This document shows, piece by piece, positions 47,372 to 56,700 of a stretch of DNA of 64,000 nt. The stretch is from the UHGV virus genome UHGV-0123226; one strand, 5' to 3'. The stretch is from a virus. Position 1 is the first letter of the stretch. Each line of letters starts with the position of its first letter. The notes beneath the pieces are model-generated. The model worked only from the letters and a program-made list of their open reading frames with translations. It made no database searches and had not been told where the DNA came from. The translations under genes were made by a program, and so were the position numbers.

Positions 47372-47500
47372 ATGGCGTTTTTTCTAATTAAGATATTTAT
47401 TGCTTTAGGAATAGTAGTCACGTTAGGGATAACGTGGCTGCTCTTAAAGCCATTTATAAGTGATAAAAAAGACGATGAGGATCGTTGGGATAATTTTTAG
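47372..47500 (+). CDS. small single-TM protein (42 aa), NfeD/YuaF-like partner of the SPFH gene
   Basis: MAFFLIKIFIALGIVVTLGITWLLLKPFISDKKDDEDRWDNF; ATG overlapping the SPFH stop (ggaaactaaAATGg). Confidence 0.4.
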   Translation: MAFFLIKIFIALGIVVTLGITWLLLKPFISDKKDDEDRWDNF

Positions 47501-47515
47501 AAAGGGGCTTGGCCA

Positions 47516-49078
47516 ATGTTTACTTTTTACTGGTTATACCAAAATAAAAATGATTGGCTGGCAGTTTTCAAAACAGATAACATGTATACTATCGCAAATG
47601 ACAGAGAGAGCCTAACACAGGCTCTTTCATCTGTCACTTATCTTGTTAGCTATGGTAATCATCGTGGAACAGATAAATTTTTGGCCAAAATTTTAACTGA
47701 TGGAAAAAGTTCATTTTTACAAAAACAGCTTTGTATTGATTTAAGCCAAGAAGCCAGAAATTGCACTATTGAAGAAATAGCGTTTAATTTACGTATGGAT
47801 ATTTCAGCGCAAACGTTAGAGGAATTTTGCAAGAAGCGAATTGACGTATGCGAAAAGATTTTTGAAGAACGTGAAGAATATTTAGAAACAAAATTCGAGA
47901 TAGTGAAAGAATTTGATTTATCGCCACGATCTGTGACAAAAACACGTGCAAATTTAGCTGCAGAAATTTTACAAGCTAAGAAAATGCCGAAGCGCCCAAA
48001 TATTTTATTTTTTGATATTGATAAAAATGTACCTAAGCATGAACTACCTGACCGCGTGTTAAATTTCTATGAATCAATAAAAAATAATTATAAGAATACG
48101 CTAGAGGAAAAACTCAAAACGGAAAAGTTCAAAATGACATTAGCAGGGTTAACGCATATATATGGTTTTGGTGGGTTGCATGCAGCAAAAGAAAAATACA
48201 AAGGAAAAGGACATTTTTTACTTATAGATGTGAAGCAGTTCTTTCCAACTATTATTTTGAATAATAATTTTCTAAGTAGAAGTATAAAAAATCCTAGTGC
48301 TTTTTCTGATTTGTACGATAAAAAGGTTCAGACAGAAAAACTAACTTACAAGACGTTAATTAACGCAGTGAATGGTTCAATGAATAATCCTTATTCAGCT
48401 ATGTATGATCCACAAAAGTTTTTTTCAGTAACAGTTAGTGGTCAATTAATCATTACGCATTTGATTTTGGTTTTGGAACACTTTGTTGAAGAATTAATTC
48501 AAACTAACACTGACGGCATTCTTGTAAAGATAAATCCAATCATGGAGCCGCTGATTCGGGATTTATTAAATCGTTGGTGTGAACAATTACATGTGACTGT
48601 GTCTGTCACATCAATAAAACAAGTATGGCAAAAAGCAGTTAATGATTATGTGTTCCAAACAACTGATGGTGATTTTATTCGTAAAGGAATATTTGCACCA
48701 CCTACTTATTTATCTAATAATATGCCAATTGTCAGTGCTGGTGTGTTTGCAAATGTAGTTGCTAACATCAAACCACAAGATTTTGTTATCCAGCAATTCA
48801 AAAATGGCGACATTGAAGATTTTTATTATATTGGTAAATTACAAGGCGATTTTGAACACATCGAACAAAGAGTAAATCAAACGTACAAACGAATGAATAA
48901 TACTGTGTGTGGAATTGCAACCACGAACAAAAAATACGGTGGTGTTTTTCAAGTAAAAAAAGACTTACATTCAAAACTACCAGGTTCGCCAGATAAATTT
49001 TTATCTTCAAGTATAGCTACAAAAAAAGATATTGATGTTCAGTGGTATATTAACCAAATTGAAAAAAATATTTTCTAA
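47516..49078 (+). CDS. compact protein with family-B DNA polymerase palm motifs (mini PolB-like)
   Basis: Motif A-like LLIDVKQFFPTIIL (compare DxxSLYPSII), motif B-like KTLINAVNGSMNNPY (compare KxxxNSxYG), motif C-like IQTNTDGILVK (compare YGDTDS), in canonical order; no exonuclease-sized N-domain. Confidence 0.45.
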   Translation: MFTFYWLYQNKNDWLAVFKTDNMYTIANDRESLTQALSSVTYLVSYGNHRGTDKFLAKILTDGKSSFLQKQLCIDLSQEARNCTIEEIAFNLRMDISAQTLEEFCKKRIDVCEKIFEEREEYLETKFEIVKEFDLSPRSVTKTRANLAAEILQAKKMPKRPNILFFDIDKNVPKHELPDRVLNFYESIKNNYKNTLEEKLKTEKFKMTLAGLTHIYGFGGLHAAKEKYKGKGHFLLIDVKQFFPTIILNNNFLSRSIKNPSAFSDLYDKKVQTEKLTYKTLINAVNGSMNNPYSAMYDPQKFFSVTVSGQLIITHLILVLEHFVEELIQTNTDGILVKINPIMEPLIRDLLNRWCEQLHVTVSVTSIKQVWQKAVNDYVFQTTDGDFIRKGIFAPPTYLSNNMPIVSAGVFANVVANIKPQDFVIQQFKNGDIEDFYYIGKLQGDFEHIEQRVNQTYKRMNNTVCGIATTNKKYGGVFQVKKDLHSKLPGSPDKFLSSSIATKKDIDVQWYINQIEKNIF

Positions 49079-49096
49079 GGCAGGTGAAAAAATAGT

Positions 49097-50950
49097 GTGT
49101 TAAATTTTATAAAATTAAGCCCAGGCGAGAAAAAGCCAGACCAAAAAAGTTTGGATGATTTCTATACTGATTTATCAAAATTAGATAACGCAGCTATTTT
49201 GTTAAACAAAGAAACAGTTGTTGTTGATTTTGATGAGTTCCCAGAAATTGGCCGTAAAATATTAGAAAAATATCCAACTATGGCTTTTGAAACCAAACGT
49301 GGTATTCACCTTTACTATAAACGACCTGTCCAAATCAATGGCCATAAAATTTTATTAAAAAACTGGACCAAGAAATTAACGGTTTCAGGTGCGCTAGTTG
49401 ATTACAAAACAGGCAATAAATCAACAGCAACAATTAAACAAAATGGCCAACTTAGAAAAATGCATGGCACATTTGAAATGTTTGATGATCTGCCTACTTT
49501 GCCACTCGAATTATTGCCAGTGAAAGTTAAAAATGTACTTGCTGGCATGAAAGAAGGAGCAAGAAACAGTTCGCTCTATTCTCATTTGATGACAGTTCGT
49601 GAAATGTACGAACTTGATTACGATACATTAATGAAAATAGCTGAATTTATTAATAATGATGTCTATGCAGAATCACTGCCAGCTACTGATATTCATGCAT
49701 TGGTTAATTCGGTGAATGAGAAAGAAATTCGCGAACAGTTATATCTTGATCCAAAAGACATGATTATAACGAGTGAAGCGTTGGCTAAAGAATTTCAGGT
49801 GAAGTTTTTCAATGGTTCTATTTTTCATAAAGAAGATAATTATTGGATTAACGACCAAAACAAGCTACTACGAAAAATTGATAAGCGCATAAAACTACTG
49901 CCAGCAAAATGGAAACAAATTTTAGACTTGTTAAAAATTAAAGGTGAATTGATCGAAGCTACAGATTTTCCCATTCAGTTTAGAAATAATTTCATGTTAG
50001 ACGGTGCTGAAATTATTCCAATGTCAACTAAGGAATTTACGCCTTTCTTTTTAGATGTTGATTACGATCCAGATGCATATGATAAAACTGTTGATGAATT
50101 TCTGAACTTTCTCGTTTCAGATAAGAAAGATTTACGCATAATCGTTGAAGAGTTGCTTGGTCATATTTTAATGACTGCAGGTTTTCCGCATAAAGTATTT
50201 TTCTTGGTTGGCTCATCTGGGGCAAATGGAAAATCCACTTTTTTAGAAATGCTTAATTCATTTATTGGGGATTTAGGTTTAAACCTAGCATTAGAGCAAT
50301 TCAATGACCAAACGTCTGTGATGGAATTAGAAGGTAAGCTTGTAAACATCGGAGATGATATTGATGCTGGCTATATGGAAAAATCGATGAATTTTAAAAC
50401 ATTGGCATCAGGAAACACTATTATGGTTCGTCCGATTTATTCCAAGCCATATAAATTAAAGAATAAAGCAACGTTAATTTTCACAGCAAACGAAATGCCA
50501 ACGTTTAAAGATAAATCAGGTGGGATTGCTCGTCGTGTGGTGATTATTCCATGTGAAAACAAAGTCAAAAAAGCAGACCCAAAAATTGACGAAAAATTAT
50601 CGTCTGATAACGCGAAGTCTTACTTATTAAATCTTGCTTTAAAAGCTATGGAACGGATTATTAACAATGGCGGCCAACTTTCCTCTTCTGAAACTGTCGC
50701 GAAAGTCACAGAAGAATATTTTGTTGAAAGTGATTCTATTTTAACGTTTATTCATCAATGTGGGATTGACGAGAATATGACAACAAAAGGTGTTTATGAC
50801 GAATACTTGAAAACTTGTGAGGAATCTGGAAGTAAGCCATATACACAAACAAAATTTACGCAACGTCTTAAATCTTTGGGATATGAGAAAGCACAACGAA
50901 GAATGATGGGAAAAAAATATTACTATTATAAATTTAATGAAATAGAGTAA
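49097..50950 (+). CDS. primase-helicase: PrimPol N-domain plus D5_N plus P4-family SF3 helicase
   Basis: GTG start; PrimPol motifs VVVDFDEF and KRGIHLYY; Walker A GSSGANGKST; Walker B-like IGDDID. Confidence 0.8.
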   Translation: MLNFIKLSPGEKKPDQKSLDDFYTDLSKLDNAAILLNKETVVVDFDEFPEIGRKILEKYPTMAFETKRGIHLYYKRPVQINGHKILLKNWTKKLTVSGALVDYKTGNKSTATIKQNGQLRKMHGTFEMFDDLPTLPLELLPVKVKNVLAGMKEGARNSSLYSHLMTVREMYELDYDTLMKIAEFINNDVYAESLPATDIHALVNSVNEKEIREQLYLDPKDMIITSEALAKEFQVKFFNGSIFHKEDNYWINDQNKLLRKIDKRIKLLPAKWKQILDLLKIKGELIEATDFPIQFRNNFMLDGAEIIPMSTKEFTPFFLDVDYDPDAYDKTVDEFLNFLVSDKKDLRIIVEELLGHILMTAGFPHKVFFLVGSSGANGKSTFLEMLNSFIGDLGLNLALEQFNDQTSVMELEGKLVNIGDDIDAGYMEKSMNFKTLASGNTIMVRPIYSKPYKLKNKATLIFTANEMPTFKDKSGGIARRVVIIPCENKVKKADPKIDEKLSSDNAKSYLLNLALKAMERIINNGGQLSSSETVAKVTEEYFVESDSILTFIHQCGIDENMTTKGVYDEYLKTCEESGSKPYTQTKFTQRLKSLGYEKAQRRMMGKKYYYYKFNEIE

Positions 50951-51235
50951 AAGCCCTACTTTTCGTAAAAAGCCCCACTTTGTCCCTACTTTTTTTACAA
51001 AAGTAGGGCTCGTGAAAACCATTGGTGTTATTGGTTTTATATACTATTGTCCCTACTATCCCTACTTTTTTTATTACTTAAAGAAAAAAAAGAAGAATAA
51101 TAGTATATATATTATATATAAGATAATCAAAAAAGTGAGGCTTCTGGGGCTTACAAGCTAAAACCATTGAGAGAGTAAGGTTTTGTATGTCCCTACTTTT
51201 AAAATAAAAGTGGGGACAAAGTAGGGACAGCCACA
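50950..51235. repeat. iteron cluster: about 8 copies of GTCCCTACTTT (variant GCCCCACTTT) in both orientations, including two inverted-repeat pairs
   Basis: gccctactttt (50953), gccccacttt (50970), gtccctacttttttt (50980) paired with aaaagtagggc (51000); gtccctactatccctactttttt (51049); gtccctactttt (51188) paired with aaagtggggac (51209) and aaagtagggac (51220). Confidence 0.7.
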
Positions 51236-51259
51236 CTTTTTAGAATAAGGGGTGAGAAG

Positions 51260-51679
51260 TTGAAAGACGAAACAAAAAAGAAAAAATATTTTCTTAAACG
51301 TTATCGAAACTATCTTACAAGGATCAATCGATTAGAAGAGCAGCTTGTTTCTGTAAATGAACGTTTGGTAGGTTTACAGTCAAAAGTAATGTCTGATATG
51401 CCTAGTGGAGGTTTACCAATAACAAAAGATGATTTATTGGAAAAGAAAGAAGAGCTACAGCATAGAATTGATACTTTAACAAACACATCTAAAAAAGTCA
51501 GACGAGAAATTTTAGATTGTATTGATACGCTTGATGATTTTCGCTTTGCTGAAATACTTGAAGCATATTTTATTGAAATAAAAACACTAGAAGAAATTGC
51601 GGAAGAGAAGCATTATTCAATAAGACATTGTGGTTTTCTATATGCTAAAGCTTTAGAAACAATCAATGTTAATGAGTAA
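51260..51679 (+). CDS. late transcriptional activator with a sigma-70 region-4-like HTH (RinA/DUF1492-type)
   Basis: TTG start; C-terminal FAEILEAYFIEIKTLEEIAEEKHYSIRHCGFLYAKALE resembles sigma region 4.2; position between the replication and packaging modules. Confidence 0.5.
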   Translation: MKDETKKKKYFLKRYRNYLTRINRLEEQLVSVNERLVGLQSKVMSDMPSGGLPITKDDLLEKKEELQHRIDTLTNTSKKVRREILDCIDTLDDFRFAEILEAYFIEIKTLEEIAEEKHYSIRHCGFLYAKALETINVNE

Positions 51680-51836
51680 AATACTTCATTTTTATAGCAT
51701 TTTTAGTTCATTTTTATAACACTTTTATCTCATGTTTATATCTATAAAAATGAGGTACTATGATATTGTCAAAAAATATCAAAGACGGCAGCTATTCATT
51801 TAGTTGTCGTCTTTTCATTTTGAAAGGAGATAAACA

Positions 51837-52238
51837 ATGCGTGTATTAATTAGAAGTTCAGCATCTGGTACAGAGTATTGGGATACCGAAGAAAAAAGAA
51901 ATGTGTTTGTACCTAAAGGTCAAGAACCTGATTTTGAAGTTACTGAAAATCCTGAATCAATGCTAAGTAAAGAAGCTGATTTACATATTGGTGGTTTACC
52001 AATTACTGTAGGAAATGTAACGGTTGATACTGATGGAATTAAAGGTGAACGATTATTAACAACTGCAAGTGCTGATGATGAAGAACAAGATGAACTTGTT
52101 CCGTCTGATGAATCTGTTGTATTAGAAGAAATGAATGTAAAAGAATTGCGTGAATATGCAAAACGAAAAGGTATTGAGATTCCAAGTGCTGCACGTGCAA
52201 AAGGTGACATTCTCAATATTATTAAAGAATCTGAATAA
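51837..52238 (+). CDS. acidic hypothetical protein with a C-terminal SAP/Rho-N-like motif
   Basis: NVKELREYAKRKGIEIPSAARAKGDILNIIK. Confidence 0.4.
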   Translation: MRVLIRSSASGTEYWDTEEKRNVFVPKGQEPDFEVTENPESMLSKEADLHIGGLPITVGNVTVDTDGIKGERLLTTASADDEEQDELVPSDESVVLEEMNVKELREYAKRKGIEIPSAARAKGDILNIIKESE

Positions 52239-52612
52239 TGCGCTATTGTCAGTTTGAAGGTTGCTCTAATACAACAGAAAAAGGGGCTTATTGTTCCGAA
52301 CATGCTAGGAAGTCTAGAAAAAAGAAAAAACCAAGCAATGTTTATCATCATGACAACAAATCATTTTATCGAACAAAAGCATGGCAAGATGTCGCTGACT
52401 TTGTCTATGAAAGAGAAAACGGCTGTTGTCAAAGGTGTGGTCGTTTTGTGTTTGGAAGGCAAGCACATCGGCATCATATAATACCAATCAAGAAGAACGA
52501 AATGCTCAAACTTGATCCAAACAATATTCGTTTATTGTGTCCAAAGTGTCATGTGATTGAGGAAAATGAAGCGGATGAGAAAAAAGTTTTTCCATCTTAT
52601 TTTAAAAAATGA
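52238..52612 (+). CDS. HNH endonuclease (packaging-associated)
   Basis: CQRCGR....HRHHIIPIKKN....LCPKCH HNH motif; directly upstream of terS. Confidence 0.8.
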   Translation: MRYCQFEGCSNTTEKGAYCSEHARKSRKKKKPSNVYHHDNKSFYRTKAWQDVADFVYERENGCCQRCGRFVFGRQAHRHHIIPIKKNEMLKLDPNNIRLLCPKCHVIEENEADEKKVFPSYFKK

Positions 52613-52722
52613 AGCCCCCCTATCAAATTTGATTCAAAATTTTTGTCGGGGGATAGGGTAGGGGGCAGTCACGCGTGTCGTTAGGTCAAAAATTTTAAAA
52701 ATAAAAGGGGGGTGTATAAAAA
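52613..52722 (+). promoter_or_regulatory. candidate cos region between HNH and terS
   Basis: G/C-rich inverted repeat gcccccta...tagggggc (52615-52622 / 52658-52665) and G-runs (gggggatagggtaggggg) in an otherwise AT-rich genome. Confidence 0.35.
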
Positions 52723-53175
52723 ATGACCACAAAAGCGCAACGCAAAGCGATTATTGATGAAAAAGTTAATCACGAAAAAACGCGAATTTTAGAAATTATG
52801 CGCAAGTCTGATTTATACACTATTACTCTTGATCCATTGATTGAATCATACTTGGATATTTTTGAAGTTTACCAATACAAATACATGCTGTGGAAAGAAA
52901 AAGGATTTCCCGAAACCCAAAAAACAACAAACAAGGCTGGAGCTACTAACAATAGCAAGCATCCACTAGCGCAACAAGTCGAAGTTTGGGCCGATAAAAA
53001 AATGAAAGCATTGGATTTATTAGGATTGACCAATAAGTCAAAAACAGGCAGACAAATTACTGGTGGTTCAACAGCTAGAGCAGATGAAGAAATGAAACGG
53101 CCAGAAGAAAAGCCTGTAGATGAATTGGCAGAACATCGGAAAAAATGGCGTAAAAAGGCAGGGAATGAAACATGA
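52723..53175 (+). CDS. terS: terminase small subunit (P27 family)
   Basis: 150 aa; typical P27-family N-terminus and basic C-terminus; precedes terL. Confidence 0.75.
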   Translation: MTTKAQRKAIIDEKVNHEKTRILEIMRKSDLYTITLDPLIESYLDIFEVYQYKYMLWKEKGFPETQKTTNKAGATNNSKHPLAQQVEVWADKKMKALDLLGLTNKSKTGRQITGGSTARADEEMKRPEEKPVDELAEHRKKWRKKAGNET

Positions 53176-54899
53176 TTGAACCTGGTGTAAATTATGCTGA
53201 TTTATTTGCGAAAGAAGTTCGAAAGCATTCTAAGAAATATCCAAAAACGGTTCGTTTAGCAATAGATCGTTGGTATCGATGGAAGAAACGAAAAGATATT
53301 TGGTTTGATGTTGATCGTGCAAATGAAATGATGGACTGGGTAGAATCTTTTATTGTTCATACAAAAGGCGATATGGTAGGTAAACCATTTATTTTAGAGC
53401 CATGGGAAAAATTCATTTATTCTTGGATTTATGGCTGGGTAAAAGAAAATGAAAAAGGGCAAGTAGTCCGTGTTACTCGTGAGGCATACGTACAAATACC
53501 AAAGAAAAATGGGAAAACATTAATAGCCGTAGGGGCGTTGGGGTATGCTATGTATGGCGAAGGTGCCTTATCTGTCGATTGCTATGCATGTGCTTCTGAT
53601 TTTGCGCAAGCTCAGTATGCTGCTAAGCCTTTTGCCGCTACTATACTAAATAATCCAGTGCTATTAGATGGGACTAAAATATTTAAAGGTCCAAAAGGCA
53701 CCGTTTCAAGTATTACGTATGACTATTTACATGGAGATATGGCTTATACAAATAAGTTTATTGTTCAGACAAAAAACATTGATAACATAGAAGGTTCCAA
53801 TCCATATTTTGTTTTAAATGATGAGCTGCATAAACAAGAGAAAATGGAGCAGTACGATAACTTTAAATCTGCACAAATTTCATTGCCACAGCCGTTAATG
53901 TTTAATATTTCTACAGCTGGTAAAGGAAGTAGTTCGGTTGGTATTCGTGTTTATAAAGAAGCAAAAGAAGTCTTGAAGCGTGATGATAATGATTCAAACT
54001 TTGTTTTGATTTATGAACCAAATAAAGGATACGATTGGACAGATAAAAAAGTTTGGGAAATGTGCAATCCTAACTGGGGAATATCTGTTGATTTGTCTGC
54101 TTTAGAATCAGCCTTTAAAACTGCGCAACGTTCCGCTCACTCGAAAGCTGAATTTTTAACGAAGCATTTAGATGTGTTTGTGAATGGTGCAGATAATTTC
54201 TTTGAACAAGATCAAGTGGAACCGTGTTTGGTTCCCACAAATGAATTAGGAAACTTAAGTGGGGAGCCTTGTTGGATTGGTTTGGACTTATCTAAAAGCC
54301 GAGATTTAACTTGCGTATCATTAAATTTTCCTACATGGGATGCCGAAGGAAGAGCGATACTCAAAGTAAAACAATTATATTTTATTCCTAGTGAAAATAT
54401 TGATTTTCGAGAAAAGGAAGATAATGTGCCGTATTCTGAATTAGCAGAACAAGGATTTGTTGAATTTTGTGATGGTAAGTTAATTGACCAAGAACAAATA
54501 TTTCATTTTATTGAAGATTGCATGGATTTTTATGATGTTCAACAAGTCAATTATGATCCAGCAATGAGTGACCGATTAGTTGAAAAATTGGAAAATTTAG
54601 GCTTGGAATGTGTGCAAGTTGATCAGTACGCAAGAGTATTGAACTCGCCGCTTGAAGATGCCGAGCGATTATTTTATGAGCAAAGGATTATGTTTGATAA
54701 TCCTTTATTTTTGTATTGCGCTTTAAATGTGGTTGTCAAAATGGATTTTCAAGGTCGTAAAGTACCAAGTAAAAACCAGTCAAAGAAAAAGATCGATGGA
54801 TTTGTTGCTTTTCTTTGTGCGCATAAGGAAACAATGGATCAAATGATTGATGTAAACGAAGATGATATGGATGAATATTTAGATTCTATCTATCGATAA
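53172..54899 (+). CDS. terL: terminase large subunit
   Basis: 575 aa; overlapping start with terS; ATPase then nuclease arrangement. Confidence 0.85.
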   Translation: MIEPGVNYADLFAKEVRKHSKKYPKTVRLAIDRWYRWKKRKDIWFDVDRANEMMDWVESFIVHTKGDMVGKPFILEPWEKFIYSWIYGWVKENEKGQVVRVTREAYVQIPKKNGKTLIAVGALGYAMYGEGALSVDCYACASDFAQAQYAAKPFAATILNNPVLLDGTKIFKGPKGTVSSITYDYLHGDMAYTNKFIVQTKNIDNIEGSNPYFVLNDELHKQEKMEQYDNFKSAQISLPQPLMFNISTAGKGSSSVGIRVYKEAKEVLKRDDNDSNFVLIYEPNKGYDWTDKKVWEMCNPNWGISVDLSALESAFKTAQRSAHSKAEFLTKHLDVFVNGADNFFEQDQVEPCLVPTNELGNLSGEPCWIGLDLSKSRDLTCVSLNFPTWDAEGRAILKVKQLYFIPSENIDFREKEDNVPYSELAEQGFVEFCDGKLIDQEQIFHFIEDCMDFYDVQQVNYDPAMSDRLVEKLENLGLECVQVDQYARVLNSPLEDAERLFYEQRIMFDNPLFLYCALNVVVKMDFQGRKVPSKNQSKKKIDGFVAFLCAHKETMDQMIDVNEDDMDEYLDSIYR

Positions 54900-54917
54900 T
54901 AGAAAGGCGGTGAGATT

Positions 54918-56144
54918 TTGAAGCTAAGAGATAGACTTTCAAATGCAGTATATGGATTTTTGGAAAAGCGTGGCTGGATTGAAGATATTTATGGCAATGT
55001 AACAAGATATTCACAACGTTTTGTTAACGATTCTTCTATTATGGAATCGTCTGATGTTTATGAATTGGTACAAGATATTTCTAATCAAGTTGCACTAGCA
55101 GAGCCAGTAGTAATTGGCCCTGATGGCGAAGAAGTCAAAAACCATTTCTTGCTAAACATATTGAAAAATCCTAATGATTATTTAACTGGTTTTGAATTTG
55201 CAAAGCTTGAAACAAATACATTGTTAATCAATGGAGAAGCTTTTCCTATTACAGATAATGACCAGTTACATTTAGGATATGGTGTTCAAACGAAATTAGA
55301 TGATCGTTTGATTGAAAAATTTTCAATGAATGGCCAACCAATACCAGGGAGTATGATTCGTCATATAAAAAATATTGGTGTGGATTCCTTAAAAGGTGCT
55401 GGAATTATTGATCTTGCAAAAAGCACGCTAGAAGGTGTTTTAAGTGCTGAAAAGGTTTTGACAGAAAAATATAAGAAAGGCGGCTTGCTCGCTTTCTTGT
55501 TAAAGCTGGATGCGCATATCAATCCAAATAACAGCGCTCAACAAAAGATAGTAAAAGCTATTTTAAATCAGTTGGAAGAAACGCAAGATAATGATAGTCA
55601 TTCAGTTAAAATGATTCCTTTGGGTAAAGGATACTCAATTGATACTTTAAAAAGCCCAATTGATGATGCAGCTATTCTTAATTATTTGGGTGTTTACAAA
55701 AAAGACCTAGGAAAATTTTTAGGAATAGATGTAAATACTTATCAAGCATTAATGAGAACAGATATTGAAAAAGCAATGATGTATCTGCACAACAAAGCAA
55801 TTAAACCAATATTAAAAAATAAGAGCGAGCATTACTCGGCTCTTTTTTTTGTGCCTAATTCTGGTTATCGAGTGGAATGGAAAATTAATATTTTGGACTT
55901 TGTACCTTATTCCACCAAAACAAATATTGGGTACAACATTGTTCGAACTGGTATTACCAGTCCTGATAATGTGGCAGAAATGCTTGGTTTTCCTAGACAA
56001 AATACTAAAGCAACACAAGCCGTCTATATTTCAAATGATTTAACGGAAATCGGCAAAAAGAATGCTACCGATAATTCATTGACAACAGAGGATGACTTGA
56101 AGGGAGGTGGTAAGAATGAAGAAACAGGAAATTCGGACATTTGA
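54918..56144 (+). CDS. portal protein (HK97 family)
   Basis: 408 aa, TTG start; follows terL. Confidence 0.8.
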   Translation: MKLRDRLSNAVYGFLEKRGWIEDIYGNVTRYSQRFVNDSSIMESSDVYELVQDISNQVALAEPVVIGPDGEEVKNHFLLNILKNPNDYLTGFEFAKLETNTLLINGEAFPITDNDQLHLGYGVQTKLDDRLIEKFSMNGQPIPGSMIRHIKNIGVDSLKGAGIIDLAKSTLEGVLSAEKVLTEKYKKGGLLAFLLKLDAHINPNNSAQQKIVKAILNQLEETQDNDSHSVKMIPLGKGYSIDTLKSPIDDAAILNYLGVYKKDLGKFLGIDVNTYQALMRTDIEKAMMYLHNKAIKPILKNKSEHYSALFFVPNSGYRVEWKINILDFVPYSTKTNIGYNIVRTGITSPDNVAEMLGFPRQNTKATQAVYISNDLTEIGKKNATDNSLTTEDDLKGGGKNEETGNSDI

Positions 56145-56688
56145 CATCACAAACCTTAAAACAAGAAGCGAAGAAGATAGTCAAACACAGATTGTTACTG
56201 GCTATGCGGCGGTGTTTAATAGTCCAACAGAATTATGGGAAGGCCTAAATGAAGTGATTAAGCCTGGAGCTTTCAGTCGTGCTTTGTCAAATTCTGATGT
56301 TCGTTGTTTATTCGATCATGACTGGGGCAAAGTATTAGGGCGCACAAGAAGTGGAACTTTGAAACTTGAAGAAGATGATAAGGGACTACGATTTGAAGTT
56401 GAGTTGCCCAATACAACTGTTGCCAATGACTTGATTCAATCAATGTCACGTGGGGACATTAATCAGTGTAGCTTTGGTTTTTATCCAACGGAAGAAACTT
56501 GGGATTATAGTTCAGACCCAGTTTTAAGAACTATCCATGAAGTCGAATTGTATGAAGTTTCTATTGTTTCTTTGCCTGCTTACGAAGATACAGAAGCAGC
56601 ACTAGCAAGAAACAAACAAGAAATGAAGCAAGATATTAAAACTAGAAAAAAATTAATTGAAAAAATTAAAACAGCGCTTGAAGCGTAG
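56107..56688 (+). CDS. prohead (head maturation) serine protease, HK97 family
   Basis: 193 aa between the portal and capsid genes; HK97 protease-like core (GYAAVFNSPTEL...LFDHD). Confidence 0.75.
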   Translation: MVRMKKQEIRTFDITNLKTRSEEDSQTQIVTGYAAVFNSPTELWEGLNEVIKPGAFSRALSNSDVRCLFDHDWGKVLGRTRSGTLKLEEDDKGLRFEVELPNTTVANDLIQSMSRGDINQCSFGFYPTEETWDYSSDPVLRTIHEVELYEVSIVSLPAYEDTEAALARNKQEMKQDIKTRKKLIEKIKTALEA

Positions 56689-56700
56689 GAGGAATTTATT

